DNA from: Zootoca vivipara
Taxonomy: Eukaryota
DNA length: 64,000 bases
Reading direction: 5' to 3'
Assembly (NCBI RefSeq): GCF_963506605.1
Contig: NC_083278.1
Span: 120,280,001-120,344,000, forward strand
This document shows, piece after piece, positions 13,301 through 24,561 of this stretch; the first letter of the stretch is position 1, and each line of letters begins with the position of its first letter. Made by a program: the position numbers and the translations under genes. The notes beneath the pieces were generated by a model. The model saw nothing but the letters and a program-made list of their open reading frames with translations, was not told the DNA's origin and ran no database searches.

Positions 13301-16300
13301 CTCGCTGAGCCGCAGGTCGCTGTCCTCTTCCTCCTCCCCCTCCTCCTCTTCCTCCTCCTCCTGCAGGAGCCCTTCCTCCGAGGGGACGAAATCCGCATCC
13401 TCCTCGCTCTCCCGCTTCTGGCTCTGGGGCTTCCGGCCTCGCCGCTTCCGGATGGGCTCCACCGGTCGCGGGGCGTCCTCCAAGGGCTCGCTGCAAGCGG
13501 GCGGCTGGTACACAGAGGTCAGCTCTTCAGCCAGCTCCTGCAGGTACAGAAGGGCTCTGCGGGCCAAAGGGGAGGGAACAGGGACAAACGGTCACAAGAC
13601 ACCCCCTCAGATCTTCAGGGCAAGAGCAAGAACTGAAGAAGCGTGGTAACAGGGGTGGGGCTGCGGCAGGACCTCCCCGTCCTCTGGGCCAAAGTGCTGC
13701 TTGCAGAAGTCCTGCAGCTCCAAGTTCCACACAAATTCTGGAAGCTCCCATGAGACAGTGAGGACTAGTAACTTGGATGGCTTTAAAAGAGGATTAGACA
13801 AATTCATGGAGAGGAAGTGGCTCCTAGCCAGGATGGCTGTGCTCTGCGCCCCCCTCCCCGTCAGAGGCAGCAACGCTTCTGAATCGCAGCTGCTTGAAAC
13901 TCCAGCCCTCTTGCACTGGGGTCCTGCTTGCTGGCTTCCCATAATGGGCATCTGCTTGGCCACTGTCAGAACGGGATGCTGGGCCAGGAAGGCCATTGGC
14001 CTGATCCAGTGGGGCTCTTCCCACATTCTTATGTTCTTAAGCACCAGCTCCCTCCTCTCTCTGCATCTTTCTGCAGAACTTTGCCTTGCATGCAGATATC
14101 TGCAGAGTCAGTCAATAAATTATGCTGTACAATTTGCTGACTAGGGATTTCTTTAATCTTTTCCCGGTTGGTTTTTGTTTTAGGAATTCGGTTCACAACA
14201 CGAACAACTAGAGGACAACTTCCACTGAAAGCCCAGCAGAAAAGAGGCTCCGCTTGGCCCCAAGTCCATGAGGTCACAGGTGTCGAGGGGGGGCACGTTC
14301 TGCCTGCAACCAGGTGAGGCCCCTGTGGAGTCCCGTTTCCCCCTTCTTGAAAACCTCTTAGGAGGTCTGACCTGCTCAGAAGGAGAGGTGCCTGGATCAA
14401 CCCAAAGGTTCCTTTAGTCCAGCATCCTGTTCTCAGGGTGGCCAACCTGATGCTCCACGGATAAGCCCACCAGCAGGACTGGAGCATGGGAGCCCCCTGC
14501 CTACCTGTGGCTCCCAGAATCTGGGATTCAGGCGCTGCTGCTTCCGATAGGGGAGGCAGAACACAGCCATGGTAGCTAGTAGCTGCTCACGCTCTTCTCC
14601 TCCCCCAGGCATGAGCAGCCCCCAACTGGGATGGCTTTAAAAGAGGATTAAACCCATTCCTGGAGGAGAATGAATCCAGGATTCCATGTATGGCTAGCGA
14701 GTCACGGTGGCTCGGCTTGGCCTCCACAGTTGGAAGCAGCAAAGCTCCTGAAGCCCAGGGGCCGGAAACCGCTGGAGGGGAGACTGGGGCTCTTGTGCTC
14801 AACTCCTGCTTGCATCTGGTCAGCCACTGTGAGAACAGGATGCTGGACTAAATAGGCCACTGGCCTCATCCAGCAGCTTTTCCCCTCTGTTCTTATAGAA
14901 CCCCCAGGTCCAGAGGCAGCCTATCTAGATTCCTAGGTTTTGGGGGGCATTTGGTCATGGGCAACAGGCCTGATCAAGCAGCCTCTTTGACATCCAGTCC
15001 CCTTTTAAAGCCTTCCAAGCTGGTGGCCATTGCTGCCTCCTTTCCCCCTTTGCCTAAGAAGGCAGCACCACTCCTGCTCAGTAGTCAAAGAGCTACCAAC
15101 GAGGTCCTCCCCCTGCCCGCCAACGCCTCTCGCTTACACTTTTGCTGCCCTCCGCTTTGGGCGACCCCCGGGCGTCGTCTCCAGACAGTCCAGATCTCCA
15201 TCACTGGCCAGCAGCTTCTGTTGACAGAGGGGTTCGGGCGCCTGACACTCCAGTCCCTGCGACAGCTTCCTCAGAAGCAGCTCAGCCTTGGACTTGCGCC
15301 CCCGCTTCTTCGGCACCTTCACCGGCAGGGGCGGGCCGTTCTCCGAAGGCCCAGGGGCGTCAGGCGGTCCCTTGGGCTCCTGGCGGGCAGGGCCTCTCTT
15401 CTTGCGGGGCCTGCGACCACGCGGGCGCTTCTGCGCGGACGGGAGAGCTGCCGGCTGCTCTTTGGCAGGAACCAAGGCTGCCTCTGGGGAAGCGCAGAGT
15501 CCATCTGCTTGGAAAAGGAAGGGCCAGGTTAGGTAAGTAGCCGCTGCATGCAAGGAGGCGGACAGAGCCAGGCTGACGAGGGCTACCAGCTCCCCCCCTT
15601 TCCCACTTTCAGCCTCAGCTCCCCACAACTGGAGCCTGCCAGGTTTGAGAACACGGAGCCAGAGGGATGGACTTATTTTCTATGCAGGGCCACACATGGC
15701 ACCTTTCTCCACAGGGGTCATTTTGTCAGGACTGCAGCACACAGGTAGAGGAGGATTAACTTATCCACACACACAGCAACCCTAGCAAAAAAAGACCTCA
15801 TTAGCACTGTAATTAGGGTTAACGAAAACAGTCCTTCCAGTCAAGCCGATGGAAGCTCCTCCTCTTGCAAAAAACCACTATTGCTGCACTTATGTATTTA
15901 TTTCATTTATATCCCACCTTTTCTTCCAAGGGGCTCAAGGTTGTGGGGACGGTTCTCCACTCATTGTATTCACACAACAACCTTGTGAGGTAGGTGAGGC
16001 CGAGGGGCAGTGACTGGCTCTCAATGTTACCCTGCTTCACATCTGAGCATGGATTTGACCCCTGGTCTCCCAGGTCCTAGTCCAGCACTCCAACCATTGC
16101 ACCACACTGTGACCGTGGCAGTGACCACGGAGTGTGCCTGTGGTTGTGTCCTTAGCTGTGGAGTCCAGCAGCTGCTCATCCAGCTCGCCTGGGACCTCGG
16201 GTTCTTCCTCCGCGCCCCTCCCAGTCCCTGCGGAGTTACAGGTTCTACCCAAATCCTCACCAGAATCTCATCAGCCTCCTTTTCTGCAGAGATTTCAGGT

Positions 16301-17248
16301 GCTGTGATGCTGCCACAACTCCCTCCCTCCAACAACTCCCCAAAGGCATCACCCTCCCTAAGATAAAGGCAAGACCTGCCCCTTCATACCCCCCCACTTG
16401 AACCCCACTCCTTCTGCACCAGATTATCTCCCTGTATTGCAGAATGGAAGCAGACACCCCCCCTTTTCCCGGGCATCTTCAGTAAGGAGGACCTGCTCGC
16501 CCAAGGGGCCTGGCCCCCCTCCCAGGCATATCCCAGAGGGTCCCCAAAATCTGGATTAAGCAAAATAAGCCCTGCTTAGGGCATCGAGGGGAGGCGGGCA
16601 ACATAGAAATGGTCACAAGTTAGCTGGTCACAGATTGCTCTGCTGAGAGTTAATTTTCTCAGTTTCGTTTCATTTCAAAATTATCTTTTTATTTTACAGT
16701 TAATTACTGTTTATATTTTGAATTCAATACATATGGGGGCACCAAAATCTTTTAAGTGCTTAGGGCCTCTAAAGGTATTAATCCGGTCCTGCATGACACT
16801 CAGAAGCGACTTCCTGGAGGCCTTGGGGTTGGGGAGTCCCCTTCTGCATGTGGTTCACAGGATCCCAGCCACGGGCCCCCAGAGACGTACCAAGGGCTCC
16901 CTGAGTGCCTGTCTCCTCTGCTTGCCTCTTCAGCTGTGGAGAAGGCAGCTTGCCTTTGGTCTCCAGGCCTCTCTTCTGGCAGGGGGGGCTCTGTGACTTG
17001 GGCCATTCTTCCTGCGGGCAGCTTTCCGTAGGGGGGCCTATTGTTGCTGCTGCTGCTGTGCTTGCCTCGCTCAGACACGCTGCTCCTGCTGAGGCCAGCG
17101 CTTCCGGGGCAGGATAGTTCTGCCCGCCCCAGCAAGGGTCTCTACGGCAAGGCTCCATGCAAAGGATACGGCTGACACATCCATCTGCTCGGTCGGCGGC
17201 TTCCCTGGCTATCCCCATGGCACAGCTTGGCGTGGGGCAAGGTTCCAT
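4728..17248 (-). CDS. GTF3C2: General transcription factor IIIC subunit 2 (TFIIIC110), about 974 aa, WD40 repeats
   Basis: Coding exons (+ coordinates): 16891-17248, 15138-15504, 13259-13556, 13005-13099, 12516-12593, 12096-12197, 11444-11671, 10776-10887, 10519-10642, 8932-8963, 8509-8638, 8094-8238, 7781-7942, 7600-7687, 7323-7451, 6173-6325, 5715-5825, 4728-4940. Sum 2925 nt, in frame. Motifs [60 protein letters not shown]. The first coding exon is divergent and less certain. Confidence 0.92.
10003..10328 (-). mobile_element. Young CR1 LINE 3' fragment
   Basis: Encodes the CR1 ORF2 C-terminus ([24 protein letters not shown]) and has an (attctatg)n tail; near-identical to other copies in the window. 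Confidence 0.9.
10329..10391. repeat. (GAAA)n microsatellite
   Basis: About 15 perfect units directly visible. Confidence 0.95.
13745..14040 (+). mobile_element. Old CR1-type 3' end (related copies near 2420-2700, 5280-5520, 11790-12050, 14600-14900)
   Basis: Shared motifs ctttaaaagaggattagacaaattcatggag, ggccactgtgagaacaggatgctgg, ggcctgatccag and ttcttatgttctt. Confidence 0.65.
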
Positions 17249-17566
17249 GAAGGCACCACAGTGACTCAGGCAAGTGCGACTCCCATCTTACGCTGGGACC
17301 TGCCTGTGAAAGAGAGGCAAAGGAACAAGGAAAGCTGTGAGGACGACAGTCATATCAGATCAAAGAAGCAGATGAAAGCAAGGGGGCTGTTCTAATTATT
17401 TTACCGCATTTAGATCCCAAGTTTTCCTCCAAGGAGCTCACATAAATATCATTGGGGCTAAATTATTCTACTTATTTTGAACACATTTTGGGGGACTTCC
17501 TTTTGCCAAGAACATGTTCACACAACATCAGAGTTTTATGTAAGAGGTTACTACTATAATGAACTA

Positions 17567-17825
17567 CAATCATACCTCGGTTTAAGTATGCTTCGGTTTG
17601 AGTAATTTCAGTTTCAGTACTCCGCGGACCTGTCTGGAACGGATTAATCCACTTTTCATTACTTTCAATGGGAAAGTTCGCTTCAGGTTAAGTACAGACT
17701 TCCGGAACCAACTGTGTACTTAAACCGAGGTACCAAAACTGATGGTGTTTCCTGCTTGGCAGGGGGTTGGACTGGATGGCCCTTGTGGTCTCTTCCAACT
17801 ATATGATTCTATGATTCTACCACTG
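17567..17825. mobile_element. Tc1/mariner (Tigger-like) MITE with a young CR1 tail inserted in its right TIR
   Basis: ta-caatcatacctcggtttaagta ... acttaaaccgaggtacca[CR1 tail ~17739-17817]ctg-ta; duplicated tacca flanks the CR1 tail. Confidence 0.75.
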
Positions 17826-18597
17826 TATACAGCACTGAGGTGGTAATTTTCCAGTATTAGAAAAACTGTGGAAATGTAATGCGAGCCAGATAACTAGTAT
17901 AAACCTAACATTTTTTTATCATTACCTTGGGTTTCATAAAATGATCTTTGAAATTCCTCCAAATGTAAACCACCCTGAGATCTTCAAATGAAGGGCGGTA
18001 TACAATTTTAATAAAATGAATAAATAAATGAATGTTGGTTTCACAACCACCCTGTGAGGTGGGTTAGGCTGAGACAGTGAATGACCCAAGCTGAGCTTCC
18101 TTGTTGTGGGAATTTGAACTCTGGTCTTTTGAGTCAGCTGTCCTCTCCATCACTACCATATGTGAGCTGAAGGGGGGGGGGCTGTGGGCCCTTTGCTTCA
18201 GCAGCAGGAAACCTTCTGCACCCAGGGAGGCTCCTCACACCATCTGGACCCCTCCGGGGGCACAGCAGCCTGCTCATCCCTAAGGGCTTGGCCTTGGAGC
18301 ATCCATAGGGCTCAGGGGAAGCTCAACTGTAAAAATAGATGTCGCAAACCCAGGAAGTATTCAAAGCTCAAGAGACAAGGGAAAATCCCCCCACCAGCTA
18401 TGTTAGATAGCAAAATAAGACAGGCTGTTGCACATGCACTCACAACACATCCTGCTTTTATTTTATTCTACAAGATACGGATTGACTCATTCGTTTGAGA
18501 TACCTGAATGGTTTTTTGTTACCTTATTCACCCCTTAAAGCGAGCAACTGATCAAGTGGCACAGATTAATCTGGAGAGTTTAATGCCGTCCTGGATA

Positions 18598-18750
18598 GCC
18601 CGGATAGCTCAGCTGGTGAGAGCCTGGTGCTGATAACGCCAAGGTTGCAGTTCGATCTCGGCAAGGAAGCTGCCTAATGCTGCATCGCGGGGGCTGGACT
18701 AGATGATCCTCCGGGTCCCTCCCGACTCTACAATCCCATGATTCTCTATG
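18598..18750 (+). mobile_element. tRNA-Ile-derived SINE with a CR1-like 3' tail
   Basis: Head gcccggatagctcagctggtgagagcctggtgctgataacgccaaggttgcagttcgatc (A and B boxes, tRNA-Ile-like). Tail ggactagatgatcct..ggtccct..actctac..atgattct. Confidence 0.75.
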
Positions 18751-18849
18751 GACTGGCCAAGGATCAGCTTTGGCCCCCAGAGCTCATGGGTTGGGGGATC
18801 CAGTGGGATCCCTGACACGGACAGGCTGCCTGGCCAGGGCCGCTTCCAC

Positions 18850-19560
18850 CCCCGTCAGAGACCTCCATCGGGGGCAGCATCTGGGGGCTCCACGCCCTCC
18901 CATCCCGACACCGCCGCCGGCCCCCCGAGGGCTCCTGAGCCGCGCCCCCCCTCCTCGCAGGGAGACCCGCCCCCCCTCAGGCGGGGGCGTGGCCAAGCGC
19001 TCTTTCCGCGCCGCCCGAGGAGCTCCGCGCAGGCCGAGGCCCGTCCGCTTCCCCCGGCGCCGGCGGCCTTGGCCCTGGAGACTCCGGCCCTCGCCTCACC
19101 TCTCGCTCGTCGAAGCCGGTCTCCGGCCGAAGCAGCGGCAGCGGCGGCCCCAGCAGCCAAGATGGCGACCGCCACAGGCGCACAGCGATGACCGCAAGCT
19201 CCTGACGTCACTTCCGTCCCGCGGCGCGGAAGCTCGCCCTGCGGCGTTGGCGGCGGCTCTTCCCCGCCTCGTACACCCACCCACTCGCCGCGGGCGTCGC
19301 AGCCTCGGGAGCTCCCTTCGCTCTCCCGTCCCGCCGCCCCTTCGGCCGCAGCGGCCACGAGCCGCGCGAGCACCGGCCCCTCCGCGGCTGCCGCTGACGT
19401 CACTTCCTCCGCGGGCCTCGCTGGGCAAGGGACTGCAGCGCCTCCTGGTGGCCGAGGCGCCGCGCGCAGTTGCTTTGTTCCTCCCGCGGCGGGTAGAGGG
19501 GCGTGGGAACGCGGTGACACGCGTCGAACCCGGGAAAGGCCCCAAGGGCAACCCAACCGA
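18850..19560 (-). promoter_or_regulatory. GTF3C2 CpG-island promoter and non-coding exon 1 (donor at 19100/19099)
   Basis: CpG-dense. Two overlapping ETS-CRE composites, tgacgtcacttccg (19203-19216) and tgacgtcacttcct (19395-19408). YY1-like caagatggcg at 19158-19167. Donor GAG|GTGAGG on the minus strand. Confidence 0.8.
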
Positions 19561-20604
19561 AGCGGCCGGCGAGGTGCCTTCGCCAACCGAACTGTGGGTC
19601 TCGGCCCCCCAGCTTTTAAGGGGGCTGCAGGGAGCCCCGTGGCTTAAGGCAATGGCTCCCCCCTACACTGACACCCCCAATCATAGGGCGGTAGCGTAGG
19701 AAGAGACCCCGAGGGTCATCCAGTCCAACCTCCTGCAAGGCAGGAATCTTAGCTGAAGCCTCCATGACAGGCGGCCGTTCTTGACCCTTGGCCAGGAAGA
19801 CTCATTCACACTCTCATTTTTGCTGGTCCAAGAGGAACAGGAGACCAGAGGCTTTTGGTGGTCTTTGCCTGATCCCCCCCCCCCCAATAATCTGACACAA
19901 GCCGGCAGGTGGGAACATGGACTCCTGGACAAAAGTTTAGCAGGAAAAATAAGCTCAGAGAAAAGGGGATATTTGGATAGGCGAGTTGACAATACAGTAC
20001 TTTGCTTTAAATGTAATAGGGTTGGTGTTTTTTTTTTCTTTTGTCCCATGTTTTCACGCTTACACTGATTTTTCTGTAAAGTGCCCTGGGTTTGTTCCGA
20101 GAAGCTGGCCCCAAAAGTGGGCAAAGAAACAAATGAGCATCCTTGGGCCGCAGGGATCCACCAGGATCTGAACAGAATCGCGCTCTGCCGTGATTGGCAC
20201 TTCCTTTAATGTTGCGAACCACCCTGTGATCTTCGGATGAAGGGCACTATAGAAATTCAGTAAATGATAATACTGACTTTAAAAGATTTCTAACCACCTT
20301 GGGGCCTATCAGGAAGGTATGTCCCTCTATATTGCCAAAGCAAGATGAGAAGGGAAATGTGAGGAGGCTGATGGGGGCTGGATCTAGAGAGGTGGCTTGT
20401 CCAACCAAAGAGGGAGAAAAAGGTGGCTCTCTCTTCAGGGGGAACCAGCAAAGCCCCTTCACACATCCCAGCCCAGAGTTTGGGCTCCGCATCAACCCCC
20501 CACTTTGAGACGCATCCACCCTTTCGGGAAGGTCTTCCAGGGGTCCTGTTCTGTCCAAGCGCTCAGGCACACACAGCGGAGGCAGGGAGCAGGGCACACA
20601 CAGG

Positions 20605-20610
20605 TTTATT
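20605..20610 (-). terminator. AATAAA poly(A) signal of EIF2B4
   Basis: tttatt about 30 nt after the stop codon, implying a very short 3' UTR. Confidence 0.8.
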
Positions 20611-20641
20611 GACCCTACCCCTCTCCACCCCCCCCCTGGCA

Positions 20642-23600
20642 TTACTGCTCCACATTCTTGACCCGCAGCACGACCGGGACAGAGGTGCAAGGGATCATCC
20701 CCAAGTCCGTAATGACCAGGTCCACCAGCTCCAGGGGGGTCACATCGTAGACCAGGTTGAGGAGGCGCAGGGACTTGCTCTCCTGCCAGCCAGCCAGCGG
20801 GGTCCTCCCTGGCTTCCCACCAATCAGGTCGTCGGGGTCGTCTGCAAGTGGCACAGCGGACAGCCGTTGTCAGCGGCCAGATGCCATTCCCCACCCCCAG
20901 GAAAGAAGCGGGTTAGGGTTCCCCCTCCCTCCCTCCCAAGGTCAAGCTCTGGGGCAGCCCCAATAAGGTGGCTTGAGTGCAAGGGCCTGGGCTCCGTGGC
21001 AGAGCATCTGCTTGGCACATACCTGCCAAGTTGCTGTCGGAGAAATAAGGGACCGGGCCGAAAGTAGCAGACCGGAAGTGGCGCTGCCGCAATTTTGGAA
21101 CTGGGCGGAGCATGCTCAGAAGTGACTTTTGATGCTGCTTTGCCCAGTTCCAAAATGGCCACTGCGCCAGAAGTCGCACTGCAGCCATTTTGGAACTGGG
21201 CAGAGCAGCATCAAAAATCGCTCCTGAGCATGCTCCGCCCAGTTCCAAAATGGCCGCTGCGCCAGAATAAACCGGGGGGAAAACAAAAAAAATCCGTTTT
21301 TTCAGCAAGGAACAGCTGGAAAAACGGGGATTTCCCAGGGAATACGGGAGACTTGGCAGCTATGGCTTGGCATGCAGAAGGACCTTAGCTGCATCTCCTT
21401 GTCCATCTTTGAGGACAAGGCGGCTTCCTGAGCTCAGAAGCAGATTAGGCAACAGTCCTGGGCAGCCTCAAGAAAGCAGCCCCGCTCCAGGATAGAGGGG
21501 CTTCCCGGGGCCCCACAGGCTCCCCACACTCTGCTTGCTGCCATGGCAAACAGTTGCCTCTGCGAGCCTTGCATGGACCCCAGGACCCTCTCAACTTACA
21601 GAGGGCTGTGGGGAGGGGGACGGGTGTTCTCATGGCATTAGCAAAAAGTGCCAGCTGGGCACCTCCCTGCTGCTCCCTCTCTTGCTAGCGGGTCCCCCGA
21701 CCCCCCCCCCCACCAAGGGACCTGTGGCATACCGAGCTCATTGGAGACGAAGGAGTCAGTCTGGACTCTTTCGCAGAACTTGTAGGTCTCGCAGCAGACC
21801 AGGACTGGCACGTTGTGGGCCTTCGAAAGCAGGGCGATCTGCGAGGTGCCCATGCGCGACATCACGGAGCCGTTGGCCAACAGCGCATGCGCGCCCAGGA
21901 GCACTTTGGACACCTGCCAGGGGAGGAAGCAGAGCTGGGGATCTCGGCACTCTTTCACGCCCAGCGAGAGCGCCAGGGGAAAGCCGCCACCCGGGCTCGG
22001 CCAGGGCAGGGGCACAAAGCCTTTGCAGAGTCAGTTGGCCTCCCCGCTCCCCTGCCGCCTCCTCACCTCGGGCAAGACGTAGGAGACGGCATTGATGAGG
22101 ACGTAGCTGCAGCAGAGGCCATGCTTGACCAGTCGGCGCAGCGTCTCCTGCCCCTCCAGCCGCGGGCGGCTGTCCACCACCACCACGCGGAAGGCACGGC
22201 CCGCAGAGCAGCACTGGGTGTGGGCATCACAGAGGATGCGTGTCACCAGGGAGGAGCTGCCAGGCAAACATGGGCAAGGGGTGAGGAGGGGCCTTCCCTG
22301 CTCCTGCCGCTTCGCCCCCTCCACTGCTCTCACACAACCCATCTCACGGGCAGGGTTGTCTTAAGCATATGTGGCGCCGGGGTGCAAAGATCCCCCCAGC
22401 GGCCTCCCCCCCAAGTTGCCCAGTCCCAGGTGTGCAGGAGGGCGGAGCCGGCCGGCTGCCTCAGCGTCTTGCTGGCTCGGTCGCCCCTGAACTCACGGTG
22501 CTGTGGCGCTCCGACCGATGGATGGGCTCTTCCCCGGACTCAACTCTCGGGCCCCGGACCCTTGGCCTGGCGCCCCTGAGAGCCTGGTGCCCAGGTGCCC
22601 TGCACTCCTAGCACCTATGGGTAAGACGGCCCTGCGTGCGGGGCTCCAACAGGCCTCCCGGGAGCCAGCCCCCTCCAACCCCTCAGCTCCCCAGCCAACA
22701 AGACCCTTGCCGCCCACAGCAGGGTGCCCACCCCGCGCGCTCGACTCCGTACCATCCATAGACCAGGATGACGTCCCCATCGTTGATCTTCTCTAAGGCA
22801 GATTTGGAAATGGCTTCAGCCGCCAAGACGATCTTCTCCCGCTCATACCTGTCAATGGCCTTTTGGAGTTCCCGTTTGGCCTGTTGCGGGAGAGGGGCCT
22901 GATCACACCATCCTCTCTTGCCCATCTCCGAGAGGGGAAGAGCGCCCTGCGTGCCCCTCGGAGGACACCAAGAAGCCCTCCGCCTCCCAAGCCACCCCCA
23001 AGGATGAACCCAGAGAGGTCTGACAGCTTGTGGTGGGCTCCGCTGCCACTCAAACCTGCCAGGGAGCATGGCAGAGAGATGGTGCCCCTCTTGCGCCTGC
23101 CATGGACCCCATGGCAAGCCCAGGCCCCTGCCCCCAAAGGCGCCGTTGGACTCACCTCCTCCTCGCGCATGGAGGCAGGCAGCGCCGAGATCTCCTTCTT
23201 GAGGAATTTGATGGCATTGCCCATGCTGGCGGAAAGGGGCCGGCACTGATTCAGGAAGCTGCAGAAGGAAAGGAGCGCTCAGCCCAGCCTCATGGCCCCC
23301 CATCTGCTCTCCAGGGCTACCTGCCCCCTCCCTCTCTTTCCCCAAGGGGGGCCAGCCCCTCCCCGTCACCTGATGTAGGGCTTCAGCTTGTTCACCAGGT
23401 CCCGCGAGAGCTCCTCGTTGGCTGGGGTGGTGTAGTCACCGATCACCTGCCAGGACGACAAGAGGGGCAGCGGCCATGAGATGGCAAGGTCACCCAGCGC
23501 CCTGATTCCGCCAGGGGCCGGCCAGATGCCTTTCCTGGGAGGCCACCGATCTCTGCAGGGGCACGGGAGACAGAGGTCTGCACCCAAGCTGGTGCCAAAT

Positions 23601-24528
23601 GTCTTGCTCTGCTTTCCTTTGGACCCCATCAGTGAGATCAAGAGGGGATGTGTGTCTTGTTCTCTGGGCACCCCTGGACCCCAAGACACACTGCCCAGGT
23701 TTGCATCCCGGGGAGGTCACTTCACTGCTTCCAACGCAGCAGCTTGACTTCACCCCTGGAGGCACACTCCATTGTCTCTCGAGACAGACAGACAGAGGCC
23801 AACAGTAAGAATAAAATCCCCGCACTACCCTATTGAAGTTAGGGTCCCTCCCCCGGAGCTGCTGGCACACCCTCTGCTTGGGGCTGCCCTTGAAGAGCCT
23901 CCGGAAATGTCCATGACGCCAGAATGCTGCCCCTGCCTGGGATGCTCACCCGGGAGATGCGAGTGCGAGGGCAGCACTGACTGACTGGCAGCCAGGCAGG
24001 GTCTGGGGGTGAAGTTAGGCACCTCCCTTGGCACTTACTTGCAGCAAGCCACCTTGGCGCAACCCCACCCAGAACCTTCCCCGCAGTGCCCGGTGGCACC
24101 CACCTGTTTGAAGACCCTCAAGAGGGCAATGCAGCGGGCGTTGGAGCCGTTGATGGTGCCCTGAGAGTACTGGAGGCCGAGGCGCACCACCGCCGGGTGG
24201 ATGGCGGAGGCTGGAATGCTGCAGGGGGCACAAGAACACACAAACACACCGCGGGTCATTTCACACACGTTTCCAGGAAGCGACTCTTGCCCTCCCTCAA
24301 GAGGACTTTGGCGACCCAACTCCACGTCCCTTGTGACTCTGCTCACGCTCAGTGCTTTGAGCTCAGCCTGTTTCTCCCCACACCTTGGCTTGTCAGGGCT
24401 TCCCATCTGAGGGCAGCCCTGTTCAGGGAAGTTTTTAATTTTTGAAGTTTTATTCTGTTTTTAAGGTTCGGTTGAAAGCCGCCCAGAGTGGCTGAGGAAA
24501 CCCAGCCAGATGGATGGGGTAGAAATAA

Positions 24529-24561
<33 letters not shown>

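Noticed and set aside
18598-18665. Possible tRNA-Ile(GAT) gene
   Set aside because: T-arm deleted, no acceptor-stem closure, and it runs into a CR1-like tail, so it is a SINE head.
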